DNA from: Heterodontus francisci
Lineage: Eukaryota
DNA length: 64,000 nt
Reading direction: 5' to 3'
NCBI RefSeq assembly: GCF_036365525.1
Contig: NC_090376.1
Span: 8,581,997-8,645,996, forward strand
A program made the position numbers and the translations under genes. The stretch's first letter is position 1, and each line of letters opens with the position of its first letter. Positions 25,120-38,756 of the stretch are shown piece after piece. The notes under the pieces are model-generated. The model did no database searches. It was not told the origin of the DNA and was given only the letters and a program-made list of their open reading frames with translations.

Positions 25120-27470
25120 TGAAAAGTTCCCTAGTTAGAGCTCACGGGATTGGGATTAATACATTAACAGGATTGAGGACTGATTAACAGGCAGAAAAAC
25201 AGACGGCAGGAATAAATGGGCCATTTTTGGGTTGGCAGGCTTTAACTGGTGGGACACTGTAAAAGATCAGCTCTTGGGCCTCAGCTATTTACAATCTTTA
25301 TCAAATGACTTAGATGAGGGGATTGAGTGTAATGTTTGCTGACAATACAAAGTTAGGTGGGAAAGTAAGCTGTGAGGAGGGCACAAAAAGGCTGCAAAAG
25401 GATTTAATCAGGTTGGGGAAGAACATGGCAGATGGAATATAATGTGGAGGAATGTGAAGTTATCTACTTTGGTAGGAAAAATAGAAAAGTACAAATTTTT
25501 TTAAGATGGTGAAAAACTGGGATATGTTAGCAACCTTCATGCACACCCGAAGTCTCGCCCCCTCCGCACAGTGCCCCCGCGGTGGCTGTGGTGGGGAAGA
25601 GACGGTCGCCCACCTCCTGCTGGAATGTGTCTTTGCAAAGCAGGTGTGGAAAGAGATGCAGTGGTTTTTGTCGAGGTTCATCCCAAGCAGCTCTGTAACA
25701 CAGGAGTCTGTGCTCTACGGGCTGTTCCCAGGGACGCACACCGAGACAAACATCAACTGCTGCTGGAGGACTGTCAATTCGGTGAAAGACGCCCTTTGGT
25801 CTGCCCGAAACTTGCTGGTCTTCCAGCGCAAAGAGTTGTCCACCACCGAATGTTGCAGACTGGCACATTCCAAGGTCCAGGACTACGTGCTGAGGGACGC
25901 ACTAAAGCTTGGGGCAGCCGCAGCAAAGGCTCAATGGGGAAAGACCACAGTGTAAGGTCCCCCCACCAAGCTGAACTGAGAGGCTGGATCCATGGGAAAC
26001 CCCTCGAACTGTATCGAGAAAATTTTCAATTGCTGTAAATGTAAAACTGTAATTGGCATGACAATTGTGAAATGGAAGGGTTGTGAAGAATCTCATGATA
26101 GTATAGAAGGAAACTGATCTCCCTTGCAATGTTTGTATTTTTTGGTGCTGTTTGAAACTGTTTGACAATGTAATTTTTACAGATTTTTATGAATAAAGTA
26201 TATTTTGGAAATAAAAAAAAATGTTAGCAACCAGAAGGACCTGAGTATCCTAGTATATGAATCACAGAAAGTTAACATGCAGGTACAGCTAGCAATTAGG
26301 AAATAAAATAGTATGTTAGCCTTTATTACAAAGGGATTGGAGTATAGGAGCATAGAAGTCTTACTGCAATTGTATAGGGCCTTGGTGAGACCACACCTAA
26401 CAGAAACATAACATTCTTAAAGGGCTTGACAGGTTGAAGCTGGGATGATGTTTCCCCTGGCTGGGGAATCTAGAACTGGGGGAGTCACAGTCTCAGCATA
26501 AGGAGTCGTCCATTTAGGACCGAGATGAGGAGAAATTTCTTCACTTAAAGGGCTGTGAATCTTCGGAATTCTCTGTGAAAGCCTTTGATAAGGTATTGCA
26601 TTGTAGACTCATGATTAAGCTCAGCATAAGTAGAGTCAGAGGACATGTAGCAGAATGGATATTAAGCTGAATACAAAACTGGAAACAGAATAAGGGTTAA
26701 AGGTAGTTACTCAGATTGGCAGATGGCGGGAAGTGTTCCACAAGAATCAATGCTGGGATCACGTTTTTCACTATTTACATTAACAATTTGGATTCTGGAA
26801 TGGAAAGTACAATTTCCAAATTTGCAGATTGGGAGGTGTGGTTAATGCAGAAGACGACGGACAAAATGCAGAAAGACATTGATAAACTTGCAGAATAAGC
26901 ATGTACATTTTGGTAGGAAGAATAAGGAGGCTACATGCTCCTTGGAAAATAAGTGTCTAAATGTGGTAGAGGAACAGAGGGATCCAGGGATATCACAGAT
27001 CACTAAAAGTAGCAACACATATTAATAAGGCTACAAAAAAAAGCAAGCAAATCACTTGGGGTTATTTTTAGAGGGATCAAATTGAAAAGCAGAAAAGTAA
27101 CATTAAACTTGTATAGCACCTTTGTTAGGCCACACTTGGAGTACTGGGAACAGTTCTGGTCTCCATATTATAAAAATTATACAGAGTCATTGGAGAAGGT
27201 ACAAATAAGATTTACTAGAATGATAACAGAATTGAAAGGTTATACCGATCAGCAAAGATTAAACAGGCTGGGGCTCTTTTCTCCAGAAAAGAGAAGACTT
27301 ACGGTTGTCCTCATGGAGGTCTTCATGAAAGGGTTTGATAGGATAGACATAGAGAAGATATTTCCATTTGTGGTCAAAACCAGAACTAGGGGTCATAAAT
27401 ATAAGATAGCCAATAATACCTCCAAATGGCGAATCCAACGGATACTTCTTAACCCAGAGAGTGGTGAGAA
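25120..27470 (+). mobile_element. Cluster of decayed CR1 RT fragments
   Basis: FTIYINNLDSGMESTISKFAD and LYSTFVRPHLEYWEQFWSP, with stops and frameshifts. Confidence 0.8.
25536..26220 (+). mobile_element. 5'-truncated L1/Tx1-clade LINE with poly(A) and 12-bp TSD
   Basis: CPRGGCGGEETVAHLLLEC...ALWSARN (CCHC zf-RVT C-terminus); AATAAA and A-tail; TSD ATGTTAGCAACC at 25524-25535 and 26221-26232. Confidence 0.92.
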
Positions 27471-27474
27471 CATA

Positions 27475-28018
27475 TGAACATACGAATTACGAGCAGGAGT
27501 AGGCCACTCGGCCCCTCGAGCCTGCTCCGCCATTCAATACGTTCATGGCTGAACTGATTACTCCACATTCCCACCTACCCCCGATAACCTTTCACCCCCT
27601 TGCTTATCAAGAATCTACTTCTACCTTAAAAATATTGAAAGACTGCTTCCATTGCCTTTTGAGGAAGAGAATTCCAAAGACTCACGACCCTCTGAGAAAA
27701 AGATTTATCCTCACCTCTGTCTTAAATGGGCGACCCCTTAGTTTTAAACAGTGACCCCTAGTTCTCAATTCTCCCACAAGGGGAAACATCTTTTCCACAT
27801 CCACCCTGTCAAGACCCCTCAGGATCTTATCTGTTTCAATGAAGTCACCTCTTGCTCTTCTAAATTCCAGCTGATGCAAGCCTAGTCTGTCCAATCTTTC
27901 CTCGTAAGACAGCCTGCCCATTCCAGGTATTAGACTAGTAAACCTTCTCTGAACTGCCTCCAACACATTTACATCCTTCCTTAAATAAAGTGGCCAATGC
28001 TGTACACAGTACTCCAGA
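27475..28018 (-). mobile_element. CR1 3' fragment
   Basis: LEYCVQHWPLYLRKDVNVLEAVQRRFTSLIPG...RGHCLKLRG. Confidence 0.88.
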
Positions 28019-29769
28019 GAATGTGGAACTCGCTGCCACAAGGAGTAGTTGAGGCAAATAGCATAGGAGAAACTAGATAAGCACACGAGGGAGAAAGAAA
28101 TAGAAGGAAATCTTGATAGAGTGAGATGAAGAGGAGTGGGAGGAGGCTTGTGTGGAGCCTAAATACTGGCATGGATTTGTTGGGCAGAATGGCCTGTTTC
28201 TGTGCTTTAAATAATTTGTAAAATAGTAATTTGTAACAGCTGTGGATGGTCAGTTGAGTACATTCAACTCAGAGATAGACAGATTTTTGGATACTAAGGG
28301 AATCAAGGAATATGGGAATTGTGTGGGGAGGTGTAGTCCCAATGGATCCATGATCTTATTGGATGGCAGAGCAGTCTTGATGGGCTGAATGGCCTACTCC
28401 TGCTTCTATTTCTTACATTCTTATGAAAAATGGGTTACTCCGCCCAGTTAATATGCCTTTACCCGCAATATTGAAAGAACATCCCATGGTGAAACACTTC
28501 CACTTCTCAGGTTGGCAGAACCTGCCTTGGTTCCATAACCATTAGCCAACAAAAATCTATCACAGTTTTTCCAATTGAAAATTTTAAAACTGAGATTGAT
28601 ATATTCTTGTTACACAAGGGCATTAAAGGTTACGGAACCAAGGCTGGTAAATGGAGTTTGAGATTCAGATCAGCCATGATATAAAATGAATGGTGGAGAA
28701 GAGGCTTGAGGGGCTGAAAGGTCTCCTCCTGTTCCTTATGGCCTCTGAATGATGTGTCTTTTTGAACAATAATTTGACTCAAATTAGCATTAATTTTGTG
28801 CAAAGTAACAGCAGATTAGTGAATCGGGAATTTTTTTCACTAATTAGACACTAGTGAGTATAAATTTAAAATGGTCACCAAAAGCATGAAGAGAGGGGTT
28901 AGGAGAAATTCTTTCAGTGCACAGAAGTTCTTAGAACATGAAAGGCCCATTCTGGATACGGCAGCAGAACCAAAAGCATAAAAAAATCCATTAAAGCAGG
29001 AAGCAGATAAATATTTGGGAAAAAACGGAAGTTTAAAAAGGGTATGGAGAGGAGATGAAGAGTAAGTGCATTGCTCTGCATGAGAGCCAGCACAGGAGCA
29101 ATGGGCTGATGTCCTCCTCCATCTCGGCTGAAACAAAAATCTTCTAAGGACAGGAAAAGGATGTTCGTTTCATCATAATCGCCCCCATTTTCATACATCA
29201 ACCAGCCTGCTCACTATATTCCCAATCACTTCTCCGCCGAATACCAAATTTAGTTAGAGTCATAGAGTTATACAGCACAGAAACAGGCCCTTCGGCCCAA
29301 CGCTTCTGCGCCGACCATCAAGTACCATCCAATCTAATCCCATTTTCCCGCACTTGGCCCGTAGCCTTGTATGCTAGGGCATTTTAAGTGCTCATCTAAA
29401 TACCTCTTAAATGTTGTGAGGGTTCCTGCCTCTACCACCCCTTCAGGCAGTGTGTTCCAGATTCCAACCACCCTCTGGGTGAAAAAATGTTTCCTCAACT
29501 CCCCTCTAAACCTCCTGCCCCTTAACTTAGTTGACTCCCGAACCCTATATACTGGACTTGCCTAGTAACTACTCCAAACTCTATTACCTCAATATAAAAT
29601 CAATTGATCTGAGCGCCCTCATTTCTCCCAATTTTATAAAAATTAAAAATTTTTTAACAACCTGTATTTGTGTAGCCTGTGCAATGTCGTAAAACTGTCC
29701 CAAGGTGCTCCACAGGATTGTTATCAAGTGGTAAATGACACTGAGCCACATAAGGAGATATTAGTACAG

Positions 29770-30075
29770 TTGAGTCAGTTGCCAGCATTCGCCAGAGCTG
29801 GCGGGCAGCCATAAAGACAGGGCTAAATTGTGGCGAGTCGAAGAGACTTAGTAGTTGGCAGGAAAAAAGACAGAGGCGCAAGGGGAGAGCCAACTGTGCA
29901 ACAGCCCCGACAAACAAATTTCTCTGCAGCACCTGTGGAAGAGCCTGTCACTCCAGAATTGGCCTTTATAGCCACTCCAGGCGCTGCTTCACAAACCACT
30001 GACCACCTCCAGGCGCGTATCCATTGTCTCTCGAGATAAGGAGGCCCAAAAGAAAAAAAGAAAAAAAAAGAAAGA
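29770..30075 (+). mobile_element. Short young RTE 3' end inserted in an L2 fragment
   Basis: Near-exact reverse complement of ~17830-18128; TSD AGTACAG at 29763-29769 and 30076-30082. Confidence 0.93.
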
Positions 30076-31397
30076 AGTACAGGTGAGCAAAAGCTAACAA
30101 AGAGATAAGTTTTAAGGAGCATTGTAAAGGAGCAGAGAGAAGCAGAGATAGTTAGAGTGGAAATTCTGAAGCTTAGGGCCTCAGCAGCTGAAACCACGGC
30201 CACCAATGGTGGAGCGAAGGAAGTTGGGGGATGTGCAAGAGGCTGGAATTAACAATTATGAACTGATATTGCGACCCATTGCCACAGGGATCAATTTGCT
30301 TGTAGATCAATCAGTGATGTAGATCTACATCCATCAGATTATGCTGCCTAAACTCATTTCACTTCAGGACACCAACTTGTAGTCAACAGAGACAGGTTGG
30401 GGTTCTGGAGATTAGGCTGAGGGACTCACATTGGTTTCTGGTCCAGCAATGCCTCAATTTTAAAATTCTTATCCTTGTTTTCAAAACAGTCCATAGCCTC
30501 TTGCCTTCCCCATCTCTGAAATCGCCTCCTGCCCTACAAATCTCCGAGATCTCGGTGCTCCTCCAATTCTGGCCTCTTGCACGTCCCGATTTTCATCGCT
30601 CTCCCACTGGCAGCCGTGGCTTCAGCTGCCTGGGCCCTAAGCTCCGGAATTACCTCCTTAAACCTCTAGCCTTCCCTTTTCTCCTTTAATACGGTCCTAA
30701 AAATCTGCCACTTTGCCCAAGCTTTTAGCCATCTTCCCCAATATCTCCTTATGTGGCTCAGTGCCAAATTCTGATTGCTAATTGCTCCTCTGAACCACCT
30801 TGGGACATATTATGTTAAAGATGCTATATAAATGTAAGTTTATATTGGCTGGTGTTTGGGGATTGGGTGCAACAGTGTGTTATTATGATATATGCAGAAG
30901 TGTTACATCCAGATCTATAAATAAATATAAAATAGAAGCAGAAAATGCTGGAAATACTCAGCGGGTCTGGCAGCGCCTATGGAGAGAGAAACAGAGTTAG
31001 CGTTTCATGTCAATGGCCTTTCATCAGAACTAAGTATAAGATAGTCACTAATAAATCCAATCGAGAATTCAGGAGAAACTTCTTTACCTGGAGAGTGGTT
31101 AGAATGTGGATCTCACTACCACAGGTAGTGGTTGAGATGAATAGCACAGATGCATTTAAGGGGAAACTAGATAAACACGCAAGACGGAAAGGAATAGAGA
31201 GATATGGTGGTGGGTTAGCTGAAGATGAGTTGGTGGAGACCTGTGTGGAGTATGCATGGATCTGTAACACTGAATGGCCTGTTTCTGTACCACTTATATA
31301 ATTTCATCTCACTTTTCTATGTTGGATTCAAACTCTTGGATGAAATGGTTGAAAAAGAAATGCATTGACCCACTGTGCCCCTTCACTGCCTCATTCA

Positions 31398-31706
<309 letters not shown>

Positions 31707-34700
31707 CTACTGTGATGCATAGGAACAGGAGTAGTCCATTTAGCCCCTCAAGCCTGTTTTGCCATTCAATGAGGTCATAGCGGATATCTGACCCAACTTC
31801 ACATACCCGCCTTTGTCCTATATCCCTTCATACCATTGATTAACAAAAACCTATCATAGTTTTAAAATTAACAATTGACCTAGCATCAATTGCTGCTTGC
31901 AGAAGCAAGTTCCAAACTTCCACCAGTTTGCGTGAAGAAGTATTTTCTAATTTGATTCCAGAACGATCTGGCTCCATTTTATTGGCTATGTTCTCTCATT
32001 CTAGACCTTCCCAACCAGCATAAATAGTTGCTCTTCATTTATGCTAACAATTCCCTTCAACATCTTGAACATTTCGACACAACACTTTTATCAGTAAGTT
32101 TATACACTGGCCTTTATTTGACTTGCTTCCTCACCTGGAAAACAAAGAAAGGCTTGCATTTGTATCGTACCTTTCACGACCACTGGATGTCTCAAAGTGC
32201 TTCACAGCCAATGAAGTACTTTTGATGTGTATTCACTGTTATAATGTAGGAAACACGCAGCCAATTTGCACATAGCAAGCTCCCACAAACAGCAATGTGA
32301 ACAATGATCAGATAAACTGTTTAGAAATGACTGAGGGATAAATATTGGTCAGAAAACCAGGGAAACTCTCCGGCTCTTCTTTGAAATAGCACCATAGGAT
32401 CTTTTACGTCCACCTGAGAGGGAAAACAGTTTTACATCTCATCCGAAAGAAGGCACCTCCAATAGTGCAGCACTCCCTCAGTACTGCACTGGAGCGTCAG
32501 TCTCGATTTTTGTGCTCAAGTTCTAGAGTGGGATATGACTTTCTGACTCAGTTGGCTACCAACTGAGCCACGGCTGACACACTGAAGGCACTTACACTTA
32601 CATGTCCCAGACAACCCTCCCTCTCTTCACCCAAGTAACCATTCTTGGTTAATGAGCCCATATAACATGATAGTGAAAGACATCAAAGCCAAGCCCAATA
32701 CTCTCCTCACCTAATGTGCACATGCACAAGGGCTTGCTGCAATTGTATAGGTCAGCCACCTTTTTTACCTGCGGAGCTTTTTAAAAAAAAAAAATTGCTG
32801 AAAATAAAAACTATTAGGGGCTACAAGATGAAATGTTGACATTTCTAAACCAAATACTTGTCAAATTGCCAAGTGTCTCTGGTAGAATGCATCATTTGCA
32901 TTTATAATAAATAATTATAATAAAATACATGCATTGAATTTATGTACCAATACAGAAAAAAAATTGCAATTAAATAGACCCAACTCTGAATTATTGCTTT
33001 TTTGACATTTTAAATTTAATTTGGTCAGTAAAATCAGCTTTAAAACAAACCATAACTTTAGATGTACAGGATTATAGCAACTTTTTCAGCTATTGATTCT
33101 TGTGATAAAAAAGAAATTCTAATCATACAGTCACATTAATTTATCATCTCAGCTATATTAGAAACAATAACGATTGCAGCCTTAAACCTGTTCCTCGAAC
33201 CAAAGGCATTATCTATAACTATGATGTAGCTATACCACTCAAACAGGTTTACTTAGAGTACAATGATGTTTTTAATTAAAATAATCATTTGAAACTGCAA
33301 AGTGCAGCATAATTATTAGCTTTTTATTCCCACAATAAAATTGCAACTCTCATTTTTCTTAATTTTTTTTTAAGGCTTTTTTCATGTTCATGTGATCGAA
33401 CTGGAAAAGGATGGGAGCCACAAATGAGATGTTAAAGCATGCAGCTGTGGAGCTGCAGGTTACAGACCCCTGCCATAAGGGCTCTGATTAGACCACACTT
33501 GGAATACGGTGTAGTTTTGGTCTCCATACCCAATAAAGGATATACTTCGAGAGGGTGCAACCTAGGTTCGTAAATTGATTCCTAGGATTAGAGAGCTGTC
33601 CTATAAGCAGAGATTGAGTAGAATGGGCCTATATTCTGTGGAGATTAGCAGAATGAGAGGTGATCTCACTGAAACATGTAAGATTCTGAGAGGGCTTGAC
33701 AGGGTAAATGTTGACAGGGTGTTTCCCCTGGCTGGAGAGTGTAGGGCACAAACTGAGGATAAGGAAACAGCCATTTATGTCTGAGATGAGAAGTTTCTTC
33801 ACTCAAAGGGATGTGAACCTTTGGAATTCCCTGACTTTTTCCTCCATCTAAAATCATCAGGTTTTTAAAACCCAAACTTGGCAACATCTCATCTACAATT
33901 TAACTTGGCTTCTCCGTTATTCTTCTCAGTGTCTTGTACGAGGGACATTGTCTCCCTACCTTGGTGTCTCAATTTAAAAGTAAAAATCAAGTTATATTTT
34001 CATGTCATAATTCGTCAATACATTAACAAAGCTCACTGTCACCATTTTTGAACTTCAGGCAATGGAAAACTAGAAAGCAGTGGTGTTTCCCAGTAATCCA
34101 TTTGAGATTAAATTCTAGCAAACTTTCTATAACTCCAGGGCAATCTTGTAAAGGGATCGTCATACACCAGCTGAATGCAGTGTCCTGACCATCAATACAT
34201 TGGATAAGGGTGGGGATCGTCACATTGGCTTCATGGTGTAATTCTTTTTAATTTTTAACCATACTCTTTCTTACACTATCTAGAACATTGTCACTCTACC
34301 CCTCCCCCCTCATTTTAAAAAAATTCTTGAGCTCTTGGCTCTATGTGCCCCATTTAGAGGGGTTGAATATTTCCAACACCGGTCCTAGTAGCATAGACTC
34401 CTGGACCTCCCAAGCTCCATATAAGATGTCGTAGACAGTCTCTGTGACTTGATTGAAATCAAGACTCTTTATACAGATTCCTCTTTAATGCATCCCAGCC
34501 CAGAGCCTCAGAAGTGTGGTACCCCTATCATTATCTTCACTCTTCCTACAAATTGACAGTTTACAAGACCCAAGATAGGCTTCAGCTGCTCACTACTTTT
34601 TGGTTTACCTCCTCGTCTCTCCTGATATGGTAACAGCCTTGCCAACAACTACTGAAGAAGCCTTTTCCATTACAACAGCAAGGCAGAGTTGAGTTTTTTT

Positions 34701-34909
34701 ATTAATGAAAAGGGAGGTGTGATCATAATGAAAATTACATTTCATTCAGCAAATGTGCACTGCTTAGCCTACAGTCTCATGCTCTACAATGCCATTCAAA
34801 TACTTTCACGCCATTGTCTTGCGATCCTGCTTCCTACATTATAATGCTCCTTTGAATAACATATGACCAGCATTCACCTTCATTTAGTTAAATCAATCCC
34901 AATATTAAG

Positions 34910-35280
34910 CTAAAATAAAAACAGAAAATGCTGGAAATACTCAGGAGGTCTGGCAGCATCTGTGGAGAGAGAAACAGAGTGAACATTTCAGGTCGATGAC
35001 CTTTCATCAGAACTGGGAAAAGATAGAAATGTAATATGTTTTAAACAAGTGAAACGGGTGGAGGGTGGGAAAAAGAACAAAAGGGAAGTTCTGCAACAGG
35101 GTGGAAGACAGGAGAGATTAAATGACAAAATAGTTGATGGTGCAAGGCCAAGGGGAGTGGTAATGGGACAAGTAAAGCAACAAAAAAAAAGTATCTAGAG
35201 GAGAAGTGAATGGCAGAATGATGAACAGCTGCCGTCTAAAAGCAAAAGCAAGAGAAAAACGAGAGTGAAACCAAACCCTG
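34910..35280 (-). mobile_element. Penelope-like pseudo-LTR fragment
   Basis: Homologous to ~4960-5280. Other fragments lie at ~30925-31031, 39560-39720(+), 43945-44045, 49745-49865(+) and 50600-50705. Confidence 0.85.
34978..35014 (-). ncRNA. Minimal type-I hammerhead ribozyme motif (slightly decayed) in a Penelope terminus
   Basis: AGTT-CTGATGA-A-AGGTC-ATC-GACCT-GAA-ATGT-T-CACT: conserved CUGAUGA and GAAA core, 5-bp stem II, stem I AGTT/(A)ACT. Confidence 0.65.
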
Positions 35281-38200
35281 CAAAGATAAAGCACTGAGGG
35301 AGTGCTGCACTGTTGGAGTTGCCATATTTTGGATGACATGCTAAACTAAGGGCCTGTCTATCCTCTCAGGTGGATAGAAAAGATCCCACACCACTATTCG
35401 AAGAGGAGCAGGGGAATTCTCCCTGTTGTCCTGGGCAACATTTATCCCTCAACCAATCACTATCACAAGAACAGACTATTTGGTCATTTATCACATTGCT
35501 GTTTGTGGAATCTTGCTGACTGCAATGGGCTGCCACGATTCCTACATTACAAGTGACTATGCTTCAAAAGTATTTTATTGGCTGCAACCCTATTTGGAAT
35601 GTCCTGAGGTTATGAAAGGTGCTATATAAATGCAAGTTCTTTCTTTCTTTCACTGGAGTTTGTTGAAATGATGTCCAGTGGCGACAGTTCCAAGGAATGA
35701 CAATGTAGTGTCAAACTACAAACGGTCCTTCCAACATCTTAAACGAGTTTTATGTATTTTCAGATATAAAAGCAGCTAAAATTTAGCAGAGATTTATTTA
35801 CCTGTTCAGAATCTGAGTTGTCTGCTTTTCTCAAATCCTGCAGCACACAAAGAAGAGTTTTGTATTTTGTAAATTGGTAGACACAGTCCTCATTTCTAAA
35901 CGCCAGTTCTGGAATGATCTTTCTATTTGAAGATCATGAAACCTAACTCGGTTGTGGCTGGGTTTCAGCTATGTCTGCCAGTTGGCTATAACTGGAATAC
36001 AATTCACTGTTAAAGAGACACTTCGCTATTTTCAAAATCACTTATTTATCTTATAAACTTCTTAATTCCATTGCATCAGAATTGAATTTAAATGAGTCGT
36101 GAAGTCTTGAGCGGAGAGGGGAAGATATTTTCTCCCCTTCATCCAGCCCCCATCTCTTCCCCATTTATTTGAAAGTTGTTTGCATATCTACAGAAACCTA
36201 AACCCCTCCAGTGCCTCTTCCAAGTTGCTCTCTTGTGACGGTGAAGCTCAGTCGAGTCCAATGCCATGCTCACTCAATATTCACATCAGTGCAAATTTTT
36301 AGCTGAAGTCAATGCAATCAGGAGGATGGTAATGTCAGCTGTGGCTCAGTGGGTATCATTCTTGCCTCAGAGTCAGAAGATTGTGTATTTGAGTCCAACT
36401 CCAGAGACTTGATCACAGAATCCAGGCTGACTCCAGCACCAATACTGAAGGAGTGCTGTACTGTTGGAAATATCGTCTTTCAGATGGGCTGTTAAATCCA
36501 GGTCCCACCTTCCTTCTCCGGTAAGAGATTGCAGGGCACTATTTCGAAGAAGAATGGGGGGAGGGGGTTCTCCCTGGTGTCCTGGAATATTTAATCCGTC
36601 AACCAACATCACTAAAAAGATTATCTGGTCATTATGACATTGCTGTCTGTGGGAGCTGGCTGTGTGCAAATTGGCTGCCTCATTTTCTACATTATAACAG
36701 GGATGACACTTTGAAACTATTTCATTGTCTGTAAAGTGCTTTGGCAGATCTTGAAGTCATGAAAAGAGGTACAGAAATGAAAGTTTCTTTTTATTTTACA
36801 GGGTGAGTTTTTTCCACCTTCCCTAGTACAGTTCTGCTGCGTCCAACTATAACAGCCTAAACAGACAACTGACTGACCTAGCTCAGAAATGCACTATGAA
36901 AATTACATGCTAATCTACACACTACTAGAAATGGCGAGTGGCCACAGCAGTGTGCAGGTACTGCAATGTTAAAAGACCCAATTAACATAGGCCCAACTAA
37001 TGTTACGTGACAGGCCCAATAAAATCACTCTCAACTTCCTATCTCTCTTCGTTCCCATCCCCCACCCCCCACCATTGCATTTGATAGATTTTGCATTCAG
37101 TAGTCCAATCGAGGTCCCAGATTTATCTGTGTCTCCCTTACGGCATGTAGCATAGCGAAACATGAAGCTCGGTATCAGCTGATAACATAGCTAACCTTGA
37201 AACAATGTGGAGGAGGGTGGAGAAAACCGGCTGAGTTAGGTCTATGTTACTATAACTGATTCAAGTATTTTTTTTTTTTTTAATTCTTGTATTCTGAGGA
37301 GAAAAGAGAATATTAAACTATCACAAGTCAGTTTATTTAGCGTAGATCCTAATACAATGCCTAATCTATACTAAGATAGCCAATCTTAGCTGTGGTGACA
37401 ACAGCAACATTCACAATTGGCCTTAATACCCCAGTGCAAGGGAACAGTAAATAGACCAGAACTCCCATTCTTGTCAGCTGTGGCTCAGTGGATAGCACTC
37501 CCGCCTTAAGTCAGAAGGTGATGGGTTCAAGATCCACTCAAGACTGGAGCACAAAATCTAGTTTAATACTCCAGCACAGTACTGAAGGAGTGCTACACTG
37601 GCCCTGTCAGGCCTCTCAGAAGAAATATTTCAGAGAAGACCAGGGAGTTCTTCATGTTGACATGTATCATATCTATCCCTCAACCAACATCACCAAAACA
37701 GGTAATCTGGCCATCATCAAATTGCTGTTTGCAGATTGGCTGCTGTATTTGCTACATTATAACAGTGACTAAACTTCAAAAGTACTTCATTGGCTGCAAA
37801 GCACTTTGGGATGTCCTGAGGTTATGAAAGATGCTGTATAAATGCAAGGCTTTCTTCTTCTAAACAAATCAAATACTTTAATTCATGCCGCAATATGTTT
37901 CTCTCCCTTTTATTCATATCTGGGTAACTATTTAGTTTCAGTTCTGACAAAAACTTACTTCTCTTCCCATCCCTCACTATCACGTGGATTCTCCCACAAC
38001 CTATTCTTGAATCCCACCTCTTCTTGGTCTACATTCAATTGCTTGGCGACATCATCCAAAGACATGGGGTCAGTTTCAACGTTCGTGCTAATGTCAACCA
38101 GCTTTACCTCTCCACCACTCTCAAGTCCCTAGTTTCCTCAATATCCAACCCAGTCTTGGATTGAGCCACAATTTCCTCCAGTAGACAGTGGGAAGACTGT

Positions 38201-38510
38201 TCTTCCCCACCATAAACCCTGCTCCTTTGCCCAATTCCATCATACGAACATACGAATTAGGAGCAGAAGTAGGCCGTTCGGCCCCTCTAACCTGCTCTGC
38301 CATTCAATAAGATCATGGCTGATCTGTTTGTGTCTCGAATTCCACACTCCCATCTACCCCCGATAACCCTTGATTCCCTTGCCTAACAAGAATCTATCTA
38401 CCTCTAACTTAAAAATATTCAACGACCCCGCCTCCACCACCTTCGAGGCAGAGAGTTCCAGTGCCTCGCCCTCCCCATCTCTGTAACCCCCTCCAACCCC
38501 ACAACCCTTC

Positions 38511-38756
38511 CCAGGACAGGTACAGCACAGGGTTAGATACAGAGTAAAGCTCCCTCACACTGTCCCCATCAAACACTCCCCAGGACAGGTACTGTACGGG
38601 GTTAGATACAGAGTAAAGCTCCCTCACACTGTCCCCATCAAACACTCCCAGGGCAGGTACTGTACGGGGTTAGATACAGAGTAAAGCTCCCTCACACTGT
38701 CCCCATCAAACACTCCCAGGACAGGGACAGCACGGGGTTAGATACAGAGTAAAGCT
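38511..38756. repeat. 68-69-bp tandem repeat, ~3.6 units, flanked by a 13-bp direct repeat
   Basis: Unit CCAGGACAGGTACAGCACGGGGTTAGATACAGAGTAAAGCTCCCTCACACTGTCCCCATCAAACACTC starts at 38511, 38580, 38648 and 38716; CCCACAACCCTTC at 38498-38510 and 38757-38769. Confidence 0.95.
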
